In this document: positions 9,692 to 22,515 of the stretch, one piece after another | How positions within the stretch are numbered: the stretch's first letter is position 1 | How the letters are laid out: every line of letters starts with the position of its first letter | Assembly (NCBI GenBank): GCA_000826855.1 | Contig: JTLS01000068.1 | Span: 1-35,222, forward strand | Origin: Basidioascus undulatus | Lineage: Eukaryota | DNA: 35,222 bases | Direction of reading: 5' to 3' | Notes under the pieces: generated by a model | The model's database searches: none | What the model was told of the DNA's origin: nothing | What the model saw: the letters and a program-made list of their open reading frames with translations, nothing else | Program-made: the position numbers and the translations under genes

Positions 9692-12321
9692 ATGACCCAG
9701 ACTTCGATCACTCACTTCACTACCCGTGCGTCCTCCGCTCCCATGTCTCCCTTCTCCCGGAGCACGCTCACCGTTGATAGCACCGGTCAGACGATGTGCG
9801 GTATCCGACCTCGCTCACGGGTGCGCTTTCCTCTGAACTTCGATCAACCACAGCCATCGCGTGAGGCTAAACTCGCTCTGCTGCAGGCGACGGCACGGAT
9901 GCAATGAACAAGACATGCGACTACTCCGCCGCGTACATCAAGCTCTTCACGTCCGATTCCAAGCTTACGGGATTTGGAATGACGTTCACTATCGGGTGCA
10001 TTACTCCCTTCCCCCCTTCTTTTCCCGTCCAGCTCGCGCTTTCCCCTTCCTTCTCCACCTTTCACCCTCGTTTCACGACTGACCTTGAACGCCCACCCTC
10101 AGCCACGGCAACGACGTTGTGTGCTCCGCCATCGAGCATGTTGCACAGCGTCTGGTCGGAAAGCCGGTTGAGGGGCTGTTTGAGGACATGGGGAAGACTT
10201 GGGACCACCTCGTCGCGGACCCGCAGTTGCGCGTAAGCTTCCCTCCCAGACCCGATCTCCTCCCCGCCCCCAAATCCACTTATTGGCTGGCTCTGACCTA
10301 CCTCTTCTCTGTACAGTGGCTTGGACCTGAGAAGGGCGTGATCAGCATCGCGACAGGCGCCGTTGTCAAGTGCGTCTTCCTTTTCTTCTTGTCAGACTAT
10401 TGTCCGAAGTGCTCTGACATTCTGAGGCTAACAGCGCCGTCTGGGACCTGTACGCCCGCTCGCGCAACAAGCCGCTGTGGAAGTTGGTCGCAGACTTCAC
10501 GCCTGAGGAGGTGCGCATTCAGCTTGTATTTGGGCTACCACGTACACCTTGCCGCCAGATAGCTTACGCAAAAGTTAATTTACAGTTCGTGAAGAGCACT
10601 TCATTCCGATACATCACCGACGCGATCACGCCGGAGGAGGCGCTGGCCCTGCTGCGGGAGAAGGCCAAGACTAAGCAGGCGCGTGAGGAGGAGGTGCTGA
10701 AGAAGGGATACCCTGCTTACACGACTGTACGCCCTCAAAATTCTTCCGATCCCTTAGGAATATGTACTAAACGTCATGTCCTTTTCACGGGAACTTTATC
10801 ACAGTCCGTTGGATGGATGGTACGCGCTACAGCCCAGCCTGCCTGTTATCCGCTTGGGTTTTCAACTGACTGTGAACCGCAACGCACTCTGCAACCTAGG
10901 GATACACCCCCGAGAAGGTGCAGCGCCTGACGCGGGAAGCCCTCGGGCAAGGGTTCAACCACTTCAAGGTTCGTGTGTCAAACCCCTTTCATTTTTCCGC
11001 GCGGCCCGCCCTGACATTGTCCCTCCCCCATTCCCAGCTGAAAGTGGGCATCTCGGTCGAGGACGACCTCAAGCGGGCGCGCCTAATCCGTTCAATCATC
11101 GACGACCCTGCGAACCTCCCCGCGCACCGGTCGGTCGACCCCCGCACTGTGGTCGGCAAGAACGCCGGGCCGACCGGGTGCGTGCTGATGGTCGACGCGA
11201 ACCAGGTACGGCTATGGAATAGTTGTGGGATGTTTGACTGAGTCGAGCGTCGCTGATGTTCTTGATTTGAGTTGTGGGTAGGTCTGGGACGTCAAGGAGG
11301 CTATCGAGTACATGAAGCAGCTCAAGGAGGTCAAGCCTTGGTACGTGTCCTTCCTCACCCGCTGCCGGCATTCGCGACCTTTCAGCTGAGAATGCGAACC
11401 TTTCCTTGCGCCCACGTAGGTTTATCGAGGAGCCTACTGCGCCGGACGACGTCCTCGGCCATGCCGCGATCCGCGCCGGGCTGAAGGGCGTCAACATCGG
11501 CGTTGCGACTGGCGAGCACTGCGCGAACCGCATGTACGTGGTTCCCCCCTATTCCGTCTCAAGCGATTGATTGATTAACGCTTTCCACCCCTACGCCAGC
11601 CTGTTTAAGCAGCTCCTGCAGGCCAACGCGATCGACGTCTGCCAGATCGACTCGTGCCGTCTTGCGGGCGTTAACGAGGTCCTAGCTGTGCTGCTCATGG
11701 CTACCAAGTTCGGGGTGCCGGTCTGCCCTCATGCAGGAGGTGTTGGTTTGGTAAGTCTGCTCTGCGCTTTCTGTCTTGGCGACTCGTCGCTGACTTGGCT
11801 GTTGCGACGCAGTGCGAATACGTCGTGTGCGCCATCTTCGACACTGCGACTAGCTTTGTACCCTGCGCCCGTTGTCTGACATTTACATTTCCCACAGCCA
11901 CCTCTCCGTCATCGACTACATCTGCGTTTCCGGCTCGTACGAGCGCAACGTCCTCGAGTGCGTTTTCACTGTCCTTGCCTTCTCCCCATTACACATCTCG
12001 CGGCTCGCTCACGCCTTGCTTCTGGCGCTTGAAGATGGGTTGATCATCTGCACGAGCACTTCCGCTACCCGGTATCAATCAACGCGAACGGGCGCTACAA
12101 CGTTCCGCTCGACCCCAACGGCGGGTACTCGTGCGTGTTCCGTCTCTTGCCCCTCTCCACTGGGCGTGTATGCTGACGATATTATCGGGTGGTTATGCCG
12201 GGGCAGCATCGAGATGTTCGACGAGTCGATCGAGAGGTTCACTTACCCGGGCGGCAAGTATTGGAAGGAGGAGTACCCGATCGAACTGGCGAAGGCGCAC
12301 GAGGGAAGGAGGGAGCTGTGA
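9692..12321 (+). CDS. lgd1: L-galactonate dehydratase / L-fuconate dehydratase (ENOSF1-like, mandelate racemase subgroup of the enolase superfamily); 17 exons, intact
   Basis: Spliced [41 protein letters not shown]...[14 protein letters not shown]...GYPAYTTSVGWMGY...HFKLKVG...LMVDANQVW...[11 protein letters not shown]...ATGEHCANR...[12 protein letters not shown]...[13 protein letters not shown]...[10 protein letters not shown]...TGA. KxK, D/E/E metal ligands and PH motif present, no frameshifts. Substrate cannot be fixed from sequence alone. Confidence 0.9.
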
Positions 12322-12698
12322 GGACGCATTTTATGACGGTGACTAGACAACGAAAGTGTTGCCAGGGACTATGTTGCCTTTGACCAGATTTGATACTTGA
12401 ACACTGGACTGCTTGTTTCATTCGTATTGTTCACTCAAACGCGCCTGTGAACGTTTGACAACCTGGTCGGGCCAGTTCTCTATCAGTAACATTACGACCC
12501 GTTAGACTCTGAAGCCAATGTTTTACAGCACAAGCCTAGAAAAGGCGCTCTGTTGGCCCCGTTGTCTCTCAACTTGGCGCAGCGCGGCGGAGGAAACAGG
12601 TGCATGGCAGGCATACGTGCGAAGGGAATTGTTGAAAGGCGATAGCAATGGGTGGAGGGAAAGACATTCCAGAAATATGTACAGCAAGCGTTCTGGGA

Positions 12699-14753
12699 TC
12701 ATGCTACCACCCGAGATCGAGTGCTCGCGCGCCGGGAGCCCACACTGTCGACCGTGCCTGCGCTCGATGCTCCCCCCGGCCGGTACGACCCGCTGTCGTC
12801 GTCAGTTTCGCTATCTTCGTCCGCCGAGCTCCAGTCCTTCTTCTTCGCCTTCTTCTTCGCACGCCAGGCGGTGTTTCCCGAAGACGACGACCGCTTCTGC
12901 TGCTTCGCGCCAGTCCCGCTGCCGCCGCCGTTCGCCTTCTTCGCCTTGGCCAGCTTGTCGAGGTACGCCTGCTCTCCTTCGAGGTTGACTAGGCTCTCGT
13001 AGTGCTCGTCGGAGTAGTGGTGGAAAATGACGAGCGATTCCGATTTGCTTCAGGGCAAAGAGATAATCAGTCTGGGAATGCCCAGCTCGCTCAGGGTGTC
13101 AACAACAGTCTCGCACCATATGACCGTCGCAGATCGCCTTATCGATCTGCTCGGAATCCATGTTGTAGTCGATTTTATTGTCCATTTCGGCGCGAAATTC
13201 GTCCATCGTCGGCGCCCGCATCAGCTGTTGGCAGAGGTGGAAGCGAGTACGCTCCTCGCGGCCTCATTCTGTCTTCTGAAATCACCGTATCCACACGTTC
13301 TTCGTCTACATATGCGTAGGACTAGCCCAGACCTGCGCGCGACCACACTGGAACCATCGTTACCTTCGGGGGCAGTTTTTCCACTTGGCCCCGTCGAACG
13401 TTCCGGCAAGTTCTCGAAAGTATAGTGTCCTCTGCATGATGTGAGGGTTCAGCGAAATGACAAGGGCGACGATGCTTAGAAACGCACATATATGCCTCTC
13501 GTACGAACAAGGGTAGCGGCACACCCTCCCAGCTTTCCCGATAGGCGCCGTACGCAACACCATGGGCGCCCGACGAGGATTTCACCCCCGAACTAGCCCA
13601 AAGTATCTTGAAAGTCGACTGTCACTCCGAGGTGAAGACACAAGAGCAGATCGTGAATTCGCATTTCTGATCTTTTTGCCTGTTACGACCTTCGTGACCT
13701 GGACGCCGCCGCCCCATGCATAGCTAGTGAGCTGTCTCGGCACTGGACGATGCTCGAGCTGGGCGGGCGTTAACTGGTGCTGGGGTTAGGCGTCGAGCCT
13801 GGCTCGAATTGGGGCGAAATTGGCATCGTCCGCGAAGATGTCGGGCTTGATGTCTGTGGTGTCCATTTCAAAGTTCCGTTGTTTTTTATTTTATTAGTGG
13901 GAAAGAGGCAAAAGGGTGTGAATAGCTGAGACGCAGAGCGCACGCACCGGAGGCGCCGCCTCACCGACTTGGGCATCAGACGACAGAGCTGCTAAAACCG
14001 CCTCGTCATCGACCTCCTCCCGTTGCAAAGGAGGTATGTTAGGAAGCTCCGTTCATGTTTATTTACGAGAGGAAACTCCGGAGCCCACCTCGCTGAAGAC
14101 GCCGCTCGAACCCGCCTCCGAATCTTGCTCAACCGTGACGGCAGTGCTCTAAACCCGGCGGAAAGGAGGGTCTACAGAAGTACGGAATCACATGTAAAAG
14201 ATCCTTACCGTGTCGCTGGAGGAAGAGTTGACGCTGACATTCCTGATCTCCACGTCGCCCTCGTCGACGTTTTCCTCCTCGTCCTTGTCGTCCTCCAGTT
14301 TCGGCTTGATGTCCGGCTTGATGTCCACGTTAGGCTTGACGTACTGTTATATTACGTATACGTTAAGTTCAAATTATTGTCTTAGTGGTAAAGGCTTTAC
14401 TTCATCATCGGAATCAGTGAGGTGGATCGGCTGTAGCGTGGTAGCATGCAGGAACGTAAGTAGGGAGTATCGACAAGAGGGATAAAGAAAAGGCCCACAG
14501 AGCCATCCAGATTGCCTAAGGCTTCCCATCGCGGCTTGATGTCCCGCTCCAGCTCCGCCTTTGCAGCAGGTTGACCTTCGCTGCAAGCTGATGTTTGCGG
14601 CTTCGCAGATCGGCGTTGTCGAGACTCGAGCTTTTGGGCGTCTTGGGATTGAGCTCCATGAGCGAGGCTGTGAAGTGGCTCGATATCCGAAGGTGCCGTT
14701 GAGGTTGACACGAAAGCGCCGAGAGGCCCGGGCGGATGTTTTATCGGCTGCAC
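12699..14753 (-). pseudogene. Decayed multi-exon gene, possibly DUF6697-like fungal domain protein
   Basis: GC3-rich exon pieces with intron signals: VKPNVDIKPDIKPKLEDDKDEEE (14210-14345), GAHGVAYGAYRESWEGVPLPLFVREAY|IGHYTF (13400-13575), MDSEQIDKAICDGHM, LVIFHHYSDEHYESLV and a K/S-rich tail to TGA at 12699. In-frame stops near 14050-14065 and phase conflicts between exons. Family call rests on remembered motif pattern only; the 5' boundary is uncertain. Confidence 0.45.
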
Positions 14754-16918
14754 CGAGAGTTGAGTGCCAAAGTATATGTGATTTAATGATTGCTTTTCCC
14801 TATGTCCTGCTTGTGTTTAAGGCGTTGGATTACTTTTGTTCGAAACCGATGATATCTTGCTGGAGAACAAACCCGGCCCACTCAACTTGTATGAGCTAGA
14901 AAATGAGAAATGGAGCCACCTTGATCAACCGTGAAAACAATCGTTTGTCGCACTACTTTGAGACTGGCTGTTGTCCCCTAGGAGAAAAGCCTATCTCAGT
15001 CGTCTCTACTTACTTACCTGGGGTGGGCCGCATCAGCCAGGAGGCTTTGTTGAAGAAGGAAGTGGAGTGGGCGGCCGGTCGGCTTCGGCTTGGTTCGCTT
15101 CACGGTCCCCTTCGACCGAAAGAGAAGCTAGAATGGAAGTGTAGAGCCACATCCCTGCGACCAAGGTGGAAACCGCCAGCCACTTGAGGGCTTTGCCTGC
15201 GCTCGGTACGGCCCTCGCGGCGAGGGCACAGACGAAAGCGTATGCGGCAGCCGCAAGCACCGCGGTGGGGATTCGGTTGAGAATAGCGGTGCGGGGCAGC
15301 CCTGTCTTGTAGAACGGCTGGGTGCGGCACACAAAGACACAGGCTGAAAAGAATATCGAAAGCAGGGCGAGGACGAGGCAGACGAAGAGAGGGAGGAGGA
15401 TGCTGGGTTGAGCATGTCAGAATTGGGAGAGCGGCTGCGACAGCCAGGACAAATGCCTGCAAGGCCGAGGTGCATCAGTGAATACTCGAATATTCAAAGA
15501 ACTCTGCTTACCGGTAGACCCATCCCGGCCTGGGACATCATGTCACAACGCTGTAGAGCCCGGTGATGGACCAACCCCGCCTGCACGACGTCAAGGGCGG
15601 CCGTGAGATTATCAACAGCCTCCTGAAGCTCGATTCTGTAGTTGCCAGGTCGACTCGAGCGAGCCTCTTCAAAGTGCATTATAGGATGTCGTGTCCCCCG
15701 TACCGTGCCAGCGCCACCAGCAGGTCGTTCAGGTGGAGCGCGGCAATGTGACTGCGCAGCGGATCACGGAGATCTGCTACATCGATAGCTCCGGCGAGCG
15801 CAAGTCTACCTGCGGGTTACATACCCTGCTGAAGTAGATCGGTGATCTTACGCCGGGCAGTTCCGCCTGCCTAGAGCAGGGAGACTGCAGGCCCGTGTCC
15901 ACCGAAGAGGAGCAGCACGGACTCGAAAGCGAAGCAAGCTGCTTGGAACTTGATAAAGCTGTTTAACAAGGGTTGCAGAACTACTGGATGTTAAATACAA
16001 TTAGCACCAGCCTTCTTGGAATAGAGAAAATTCCATACCTAGCTCTGCAGACCCACCAAGTGCAGCCACGAGAGCGTCAGCAAATGGATCCCCTGTCGAG
16101 ATCCTGACCGCGGGAAACAGATCACTTACGGGTGTGATCGACCAAGGCTGCAAAGTGTATCCTCGAAGTGGTACTTTGATGTTAAAGGGTAAGATTTTGA
16201 ATTCAGGCATCATTGAATAGTTGGACTGAGGCGCTGTGGGGCAGTCGGGTGGTGAGACGGAGTCGAGGACGTTTTCTGGTAAATGGGACGCCCTTATAAG
16301 AAGATTGTACACTTTCATATTTGCCCAAACTTCGCAGTATGGACCTTAGTGACTCTGTCGGCTGAGTTTGCCATTTGCAGTGAAAGGGTAGCCGCGCAGG
16401 CTGCCTTCACCGCCGGAAAGCCAAACAGTTGCTTCATTGCTGTCCGTTCAGGACAATCAAAGGTGGAGCATATCCAGCACGTTGCTTCTCTTCTGTGGAC
16501 CCTAATTTGTCGCTTTGGACCTCAACGTTACAAAGGAAGCGGCGGTAGTCAACGCCCTCAGACAAAGTCTCGTGTGATTGTTGAACCCTTCCGCGGCGAA
16601 TCCGACTCGCCGGTACATATCGAGTCTGTGAAGCTGAATGTAGTTTTTAGCTCTGTTTTCTCGGTTTACACCTGTTAAGAAGGGTTTACCGGCAGCGTCT
16701 GAAGCAGCTTATGAATGCTAGTAGGGGAGGACTCCCATGACTAGTTCCTCAAGGGAAGCCCCGGACTGAGCGTGTGCACTGACATACAGGGCAATTTTGA
16801 AATTTTTGCCTTCCTAAATAACTTGCCTGTGTTTGCCGGTAGATCAGCTGTACCTTCCCATACACGATGGTCAAGGCTGTTACGTCCGTCATTATGTGTA
16901 AACCGCAACGTATGCTGC

Positions 16919-16991
16919 GGGCATTTGGTGTAGGGGTTATCACATCTCATTTGCATTGAGGGGGTCCCCGGTTCAATTCCGGGAATGTCCA
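16919..16991 (+). tRNA. tRNA-Ala(UGC): tRNA-Ala (anticodon UGC), intronless
   Basis: Cloverleaf: GGGCATT/AATGTCC acceptor stem with the G3:U70 alanine identity pair, anticodon arm TCTCA-TTTGCAT-TGAGG, T arm CCCGG-TTCAATT-CCGGG, discriminator A. T5 Pol III terminator at 16992-16996. Confidence 0.96.
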
Positions 16992-18251
16992 TTTTTACAC
17001 GTTTTGTTGTGCTGTTACAGTTGCCCAAAAAGGGCATGAACAGACGTAGGACTTCAAGTCCGATGAACACTGCGTTTTGAGCTTGAAACTGTAGCCGTAA
17101 GGGTGACTGTAGCTTGTACACTTTCTAAACTTTCCCTTAGCTCGCCATTTGCAAGGTATAATGATGAAGATGTTCGGTTGGAATTTTCTGTCATGTGTTA
17201 TGGCTGCTTCAAAGGTACGGACAGCCTTCGACAGCTCCTCGCGAAAGGCAGCGACAACCATTCCGAAACCATGTCAAAATGTTGGCATCGCTGCTCCTTT
17301 CCCAACACCGTTTTGACTAACAGAAACTTTTGGGCCCTTTTTTTCTGCAGGATCCTGGAGATGTGAGTCGGCCGTCAATGTACAAGTGCACGCTAGCCTG
17401 CAGCTGGCGGCGCTGTTCTCGAGCACCGCCCGAGTGAATCGCTCTTCGGCTCAAGCATTTCCAATTGAGACCTCTCCTGTAAAGCTTCAAGAATCCCTGT
17501 TGTTTGGAGGGAATGGAGCTTGAGATTTTGCTCAGTCGTTCCCGTGTAGGCATTCACGTTATTCTTGAGCACACCAGCTTGCGGACTTCCGAGAGTGTTA
17601 CCAGGCTCATGAGGCATACGTTGAACACTAGATGATGGAGGAAGCGTAAACCTCGTCCATATGTCTTAGTTCCCTACGTGGTGTTGCACAGCTTGTGGAA
17701 TGTCTTGGCTGACATTTCTGCTACACTGTCATGACCTGGCCCCGGAGCGTTACGAAAGACTACCAAAATGAATATCATGGTCCTCTTATCTCGGACGAAC
17801 CGGGAATGCGATGCGACGTTGAGCAAACAAGTCCACGCGCCCCGCCTGCGGGCTGAAGGTACTCCGTGTGCCTTACTGTTACAGTTGCATCTCCGCGCAC
17901 ACTCACAATCACATGCCGCTTTCAATGGCCCTAGTTTCTGCCCCATTCTATGAATCCCTTTCTAATTGATCGCCGCGCCGAACTCGCCTCGTCGTCAGGC
18001 TGCAGTCCCGGGTTGCGAGAGCGCCTTCCTCCGACGCGAGTTGTCCTTCTACGCCCACGACCCTTTCTCCTCTCGACACATAGAGCCACACCGTCGAATA
18101 TAATTCACCACAATATTTCACACCCACCACGATATATTGCCTCCATTCACCCCTTACGCTCGGAATCGATTCGGCCCCGACGCGCCGCGCCCTTGCTACC
18201 CCTCGCACTGCCTTGCCCCATCAGCTTACCTCCAGCTTACCAACAAACGCA

Positions 18252-19999
18252 ATGAACAGCCCTCACCTGTATGCTTGTTGCTAGAGTTCTCTGTTAGGGA
18301 TTGCGCTGACGGTAATCACCAATCTACAGTCTCTACCCTTCTCACACCGCACCATTCTACCTCCCCTCCCCGCCGCCCATCCAGACCTCGTTCTCGTCCC
18401 AGCGCGCCGACTACTCGCATGCCCGCCAGCATACCGGCCCCGAGCTTCAGCTCAACGGAGCCGGCATGTCCCCATATTCTCTCGTGACGGGCTTTGGGGG
18501 CGGGCTGTTCGGCTGGGGAGGCGGAATGGGAGGACCGTGGGTGGCGAGTCCGACGCAGTGTGCGTCTTTCATTTCCACTTTCTGTTGGGTGGCAAGCTGA
18601 TCCTGCTGGAGTCGACAGCTCTTCCTCCTTTCTCTCCCCTCAACAACCCCAAACATACCAACAACATCTACATCCAAGGTCTTCCCGCTACGACCACGAG
18701 CGACTCTCTCTGCGCCCTCGCCTCCGCATACGGCCCTGTCGAGAGTTACAAGGCGATCATGAACCCCGATGGGAGCGGCTGCAAGGGGTAAACGCTCTTC
18801 ATCCTCGGTCTATGCTTTCGAATCTGACGAGGCGTGCGGATGTACAGCTACGGCTTCGTTCTGTCAGTCTTCGTTCCAGTATCCTGCCCGGCTTTGGGCT
18901 GACTACTTTCTCCGCTAGGTTCGAGAACGAGGAAGACGCACGCGCCGCGATCATAGACCTCTGCGCTAGGGGGTTTGTCGCAGCGTTCGCTCGTGTGCGC
19001 TTTCTTTGCTCTCAGGCGGGGCCTGACCGCTGCGTGCGTGTCGCAGTCTGTGGCTCACATCCACGCATCTGTTCTCTCCCCTCACACAGCAAGAGTCCTT
19101 CACGTCCCGACTGCGCCGTCTGGAGGACGCCAAGTCCACCAACATATACCTGTCCAAGTGCGTTTCTACTAACCCCAGGCAGACCGCGCTGACGGGAGGG
19201 CAACGCTCAAGCTTACCGGTCGACATGGACGAGAAAGGGCTGGAAGAGCTCTTCACCCCATACGCGGCCATGTCACTCCGCATCCTGCGCACGGAGACCG
19301 GCGAGTCTCGCGGGGTGGGCTTCGTCCGGTGGGTCTCTGTCAGCCCTTCCTCAAATCCCACTCGCCTGAAGCTGACTGGAGCTGCCACGTTCTAACCACA
19401 GCGTCCAAGACCGCGACGTGGCGTACCACTTCATCGACAAGCTACACAACACAACTATAGCGGGCTGCATATATCCTCTTCAAGTCCGCTTCGCCGATAG
19501 CCCCGGGCAGAAGGAGTTCAAGCGGCTTGTCTCTGCAGTCTCTGCGCAGCGCAGTCGGCGCCAGCATGCCAGATCCGCGACGTACCCGATCTGGGAGCCG
19601 CTCGTCCTCCCGCAGATCAAGTGCGCCATCTGATTTCACCCTACCTCCCCCTCGTTCTTGCTTTTCTTCCTTACTGATACCAATCCGGGTTCCAGCTACG
19701 CGGCCATCCTCCCCAAAGTCGCCCTCACGACCTCCCCGACCGACTCGCTCGGCTCGCCGCTCCAGTTCCCGCTCCCCCCGCAGAAGCAGCATATGCAAGG
19801 CTACTACGCCCCCCCGTTCCCGGAGCCGGCCGAGCAGTTTGCGTTCCCGCACGTCTCCCAGCAGCAGGCGAAGCAGCCACAGCAGCACCCCGACTTCGTG
19901 CCGCGCTCCGCGCCCGAGATGGACGCGCTCGTCGAGACGCTCTCGCAGGGCATGCGCTTCCACGGGGCGGGATGGAGGACCTGGGATGAACGGAGCTGA
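18252..19999 (+). CDS. Two-RRM RNA-binding protein, RBMS/MSSP (Shep, S. pombe Spo5-like) family; 9 exons, intact
   Basis: Spliced ORF includes NIYIQGLP...CKGYGFVLF (RRM1; RNP1 partly on a 15-nt microexon, 18848-18862), AFARQESF..RL..LED..STNIYLSNLPVDMDE..LEELF...SLRILR...GESRGVGFVR...PLQVRFADSPGQK (RRM2), with P/G/Q-rich termini. Confidence 0.85.
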
Positions 20000-21856
20000 G
20001 GAAGGCTCCATCGTTGCTATTCCTTTCACCACCCGCATACCCTGATCCCTCGCTAAATATTCCTCGCTGTTCCTGCTCGTACTTCTTGGACCAGCTCGCA
20101 CACTCTCCTCTTGATCCACCAATGATGTCTGAAATTCTCTCATTCACTGCCGGGTGTCATGCTTTGACTCAATTGAAGATTCTCCCAGTTATCTTCCGGG
20201 CAGAGAGGACTGTGCGGACTGAGGCACACAGCAACGCGAAGACGCAGTCCTACAAGACCGCTCAGGCAAGAGTCCGCGTCAGCGCTGGGTGTGAGCGAAC
20301 ATAGAGTTTACATTGTTTGCATCCTCGAGCTGTTATCTGGAGTAAAAGCATAGAAGAACCTGAGGATTTCTAGAGTAGGACGAGTGGATACAGCCGGTCT
20401 GAAGCTACGACGTGTGTTGCTGACAGGAAGAAGGGAGCTGTGGCCGTCGGGCGTGCGCGACGGGCTCATTGCTTGCGCTATCAGCGGAGCTATAGCCCTG
20501 TACCTATGGTCCCTGTGCCCGGACGCGTCTGTGGTAGCGGACTCCGCTGCTGCAGACATCTACGTATGGGTAGGCGCCCGTCTGCCGGTGCCTGCGCCTA
20601 CGCCCCGGTACCGGAGGGGCGCCGGGCCCCGTTTGCTGCCGGTTGTACGCGCCTCAGAGCGCCCCTAGCCCCAACCTCCGTCTCACGACCACCCACCAGC
20701 CCCCCCCATACGACACTCCTCCCTCGCGGCACTCTGCATCTACAACCCAATCGCTCCCTTTCCCAAAAACCCAACCACCAACCACGCGTGCCTCAACACA
20801 CACCGAATCCCGTCTAGCTTGCGAGCGGAGCGGTGCGAACGCACAAGGCCACCGGGACTCACAGAACGTCGTGTCTGTCAGATGCGTTTGAATAGGAGTC
20901 GATCCTTCAGCGCACAGATTATGTACCTCATGCGAGGACGCCCGTCTACGATTTCGAACCTCACATCGTGTCGATGCGCCTGACAGACTTATACCTTACC
21001 GTGCACGGCGGCGGCTCCAACCCATTTTCTCTCAAAGCTTGTGCTTAGTCGCTAATTCTTGCCACCGTCCACTTTAGTATACGCAAACGTGCCCGAGGCT
21101 ATCAATTAAGCAGCAGCCTTGACTCGTTCTCTTTCGTCAAGATACAAGGTCCGTGGACTTTGAGTCATTTCTCCCGCTCCGAGCAGTACAATTCATAGAC
21201 ATGAAACATTTTCTGAGCCCAATCAACTTTACAATAAATGTAATGTAAAGGCGAGTCAAAGAGCCTTCGCAGTCTGTTTGCAGTCTGTTTGCAGTTAGTG
21301 TGCCAGCAGTGGAAGTGTTTGACAGCCAGCCCGTTCCCACGCCCTCATGACGGTAGAAGACGCTGTGGTTGAGTCCAACTGCGTTGGGTGTACCGAGATG
21401 TGCGCACACGTATCTTTGATCAAACGAGCAGAACATGCAACCGCCAGCTGATCATGATCGTCATGAAAGGCATGGCTGCGATTTCAATCGTTCTCGACGC
21501 CTGTCAAAGGCCGCCTTCAGCCCTTCCTTTAACTAGAATCTCGCCAACCCGCCCGGCTTGGCGCCCGACGCTCGGGGATCCGACAGTCGCTCTCACTCCC
21601 TCACTGACTGTGACGGCCGTGACGGCGTGCCTGGCCACCATGCATGCCGGCGGCGGAACGAGGCGCCTCGTGCACAGCATGTGGAAAAGACTGTCAAATC
21701 GAGGCAGAGGCGAATGAAGAGGCGCTGTCGGCTGTCTGGAAAGCGATCAGTGTGCCGGGCGGCGTGGACGTCGCGGTGAGTGAGCGAGGCCGACGCCGGA
21801 CTTGGTTCATGAGATGAGATGAGGAATCGGCATCGCAATAGCTGCGCACTCTCTCA

Positions 21857-21938
21857 GTAATTTACCATCACCATCCATCACCAGCTTATTCCATCCCCAC
21901 CAGCATTAACACCACCTCCTTGGGCTTGCGCTATCCCT
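21857..21938 (+). repeat. 82-bp repeat, copy 1 (exact reverse complement of 35141-35222)
   Basis: GTAATTTACCATCACCATCCATCACCAGC...GGGCTTGCGCTATCCCT matches the reverse complement of the last 82 bases base for base. Confidence 0.95.
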
Positions 21939-21995
21939 CCCGCAACCCCATAACATGTGTATATGTGTATTGCTGCCCGCCAAGTGAGCATCGTC

Positions 21996-22076
21996 GGCCT
22001 GATGGTCTAGTAGTATGATTTTCCCTTAGGGTGTTCCAAATGGGAGAGGTCCCGGGTTCAATTCCCGGTCAGGCCC
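21996..22076 (+). tRNA. tRNA-Pro(AGG): tRNA-Pro (anticodon AGG) with 9-nt canonical intron (22032-22040)
   Basis: Acceptor GGCCTGA/TCAGGCC, anticodon arm TTCCC-TTAGGG[TGTTCCAAA]T-GGGAG, T arm CCGGG-TTCAATT-CCCGG, T5 terminator at 22078-22082. D loop has A in place of G18. Confidence 0.92.
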
Positions 22077-22515
22077 CTTTTTGTTTGTTCCTTCGTTTTC
22101 TTGAACAACCAACCGGTCATGAACGCTGCCTGTTTAGCTAGTTCATGGCACAGCCGTACGCCGTCTGAAATTCTTATTGTGTATATCAGGACGTACGTGC
22201 AGGACGGATGTTTGTGACGTGGTTCAGCGGACGGAGTAGAAACGGGAGAAATTCTGAAAAGAAAAAGATCCTTGCAGAGGGGACGATTTCCGTTTCGCAG
22301 CCCGACATCCCGCATAAAAGACCTTTACTGCACCGCGATAGCGCTCACCGTCGAATTACGCATAAAGCAGGAGCCGAAGCTGGAAGTAGTTTCTCAAGTT
22401 GTACTAAATGATATGATGTTACAATTGCAAAAGAGTCGAGGATATGCTGCGAGAAGAAGGGTATAGAGCCAGCGAGAGCACAGAAACCAGAAGAGCACGA
22501 GCATCGTCAGACGTC

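Noticed and set aside
12990..13040. OTU deubiquitinase His box (HYESL)
   Set aside because: No upstream DGNC Cys box was found; the surrounding pattern fits a DUF6697-like protein better.
15011..15150. U1 snRNA (TACTTACCTGG)
   Set aside because: No U1-70K loop, U1A loop (ATTGCAC) or Sm site follows; it is better read as a minus-strand CAG|GTAAGT donor.
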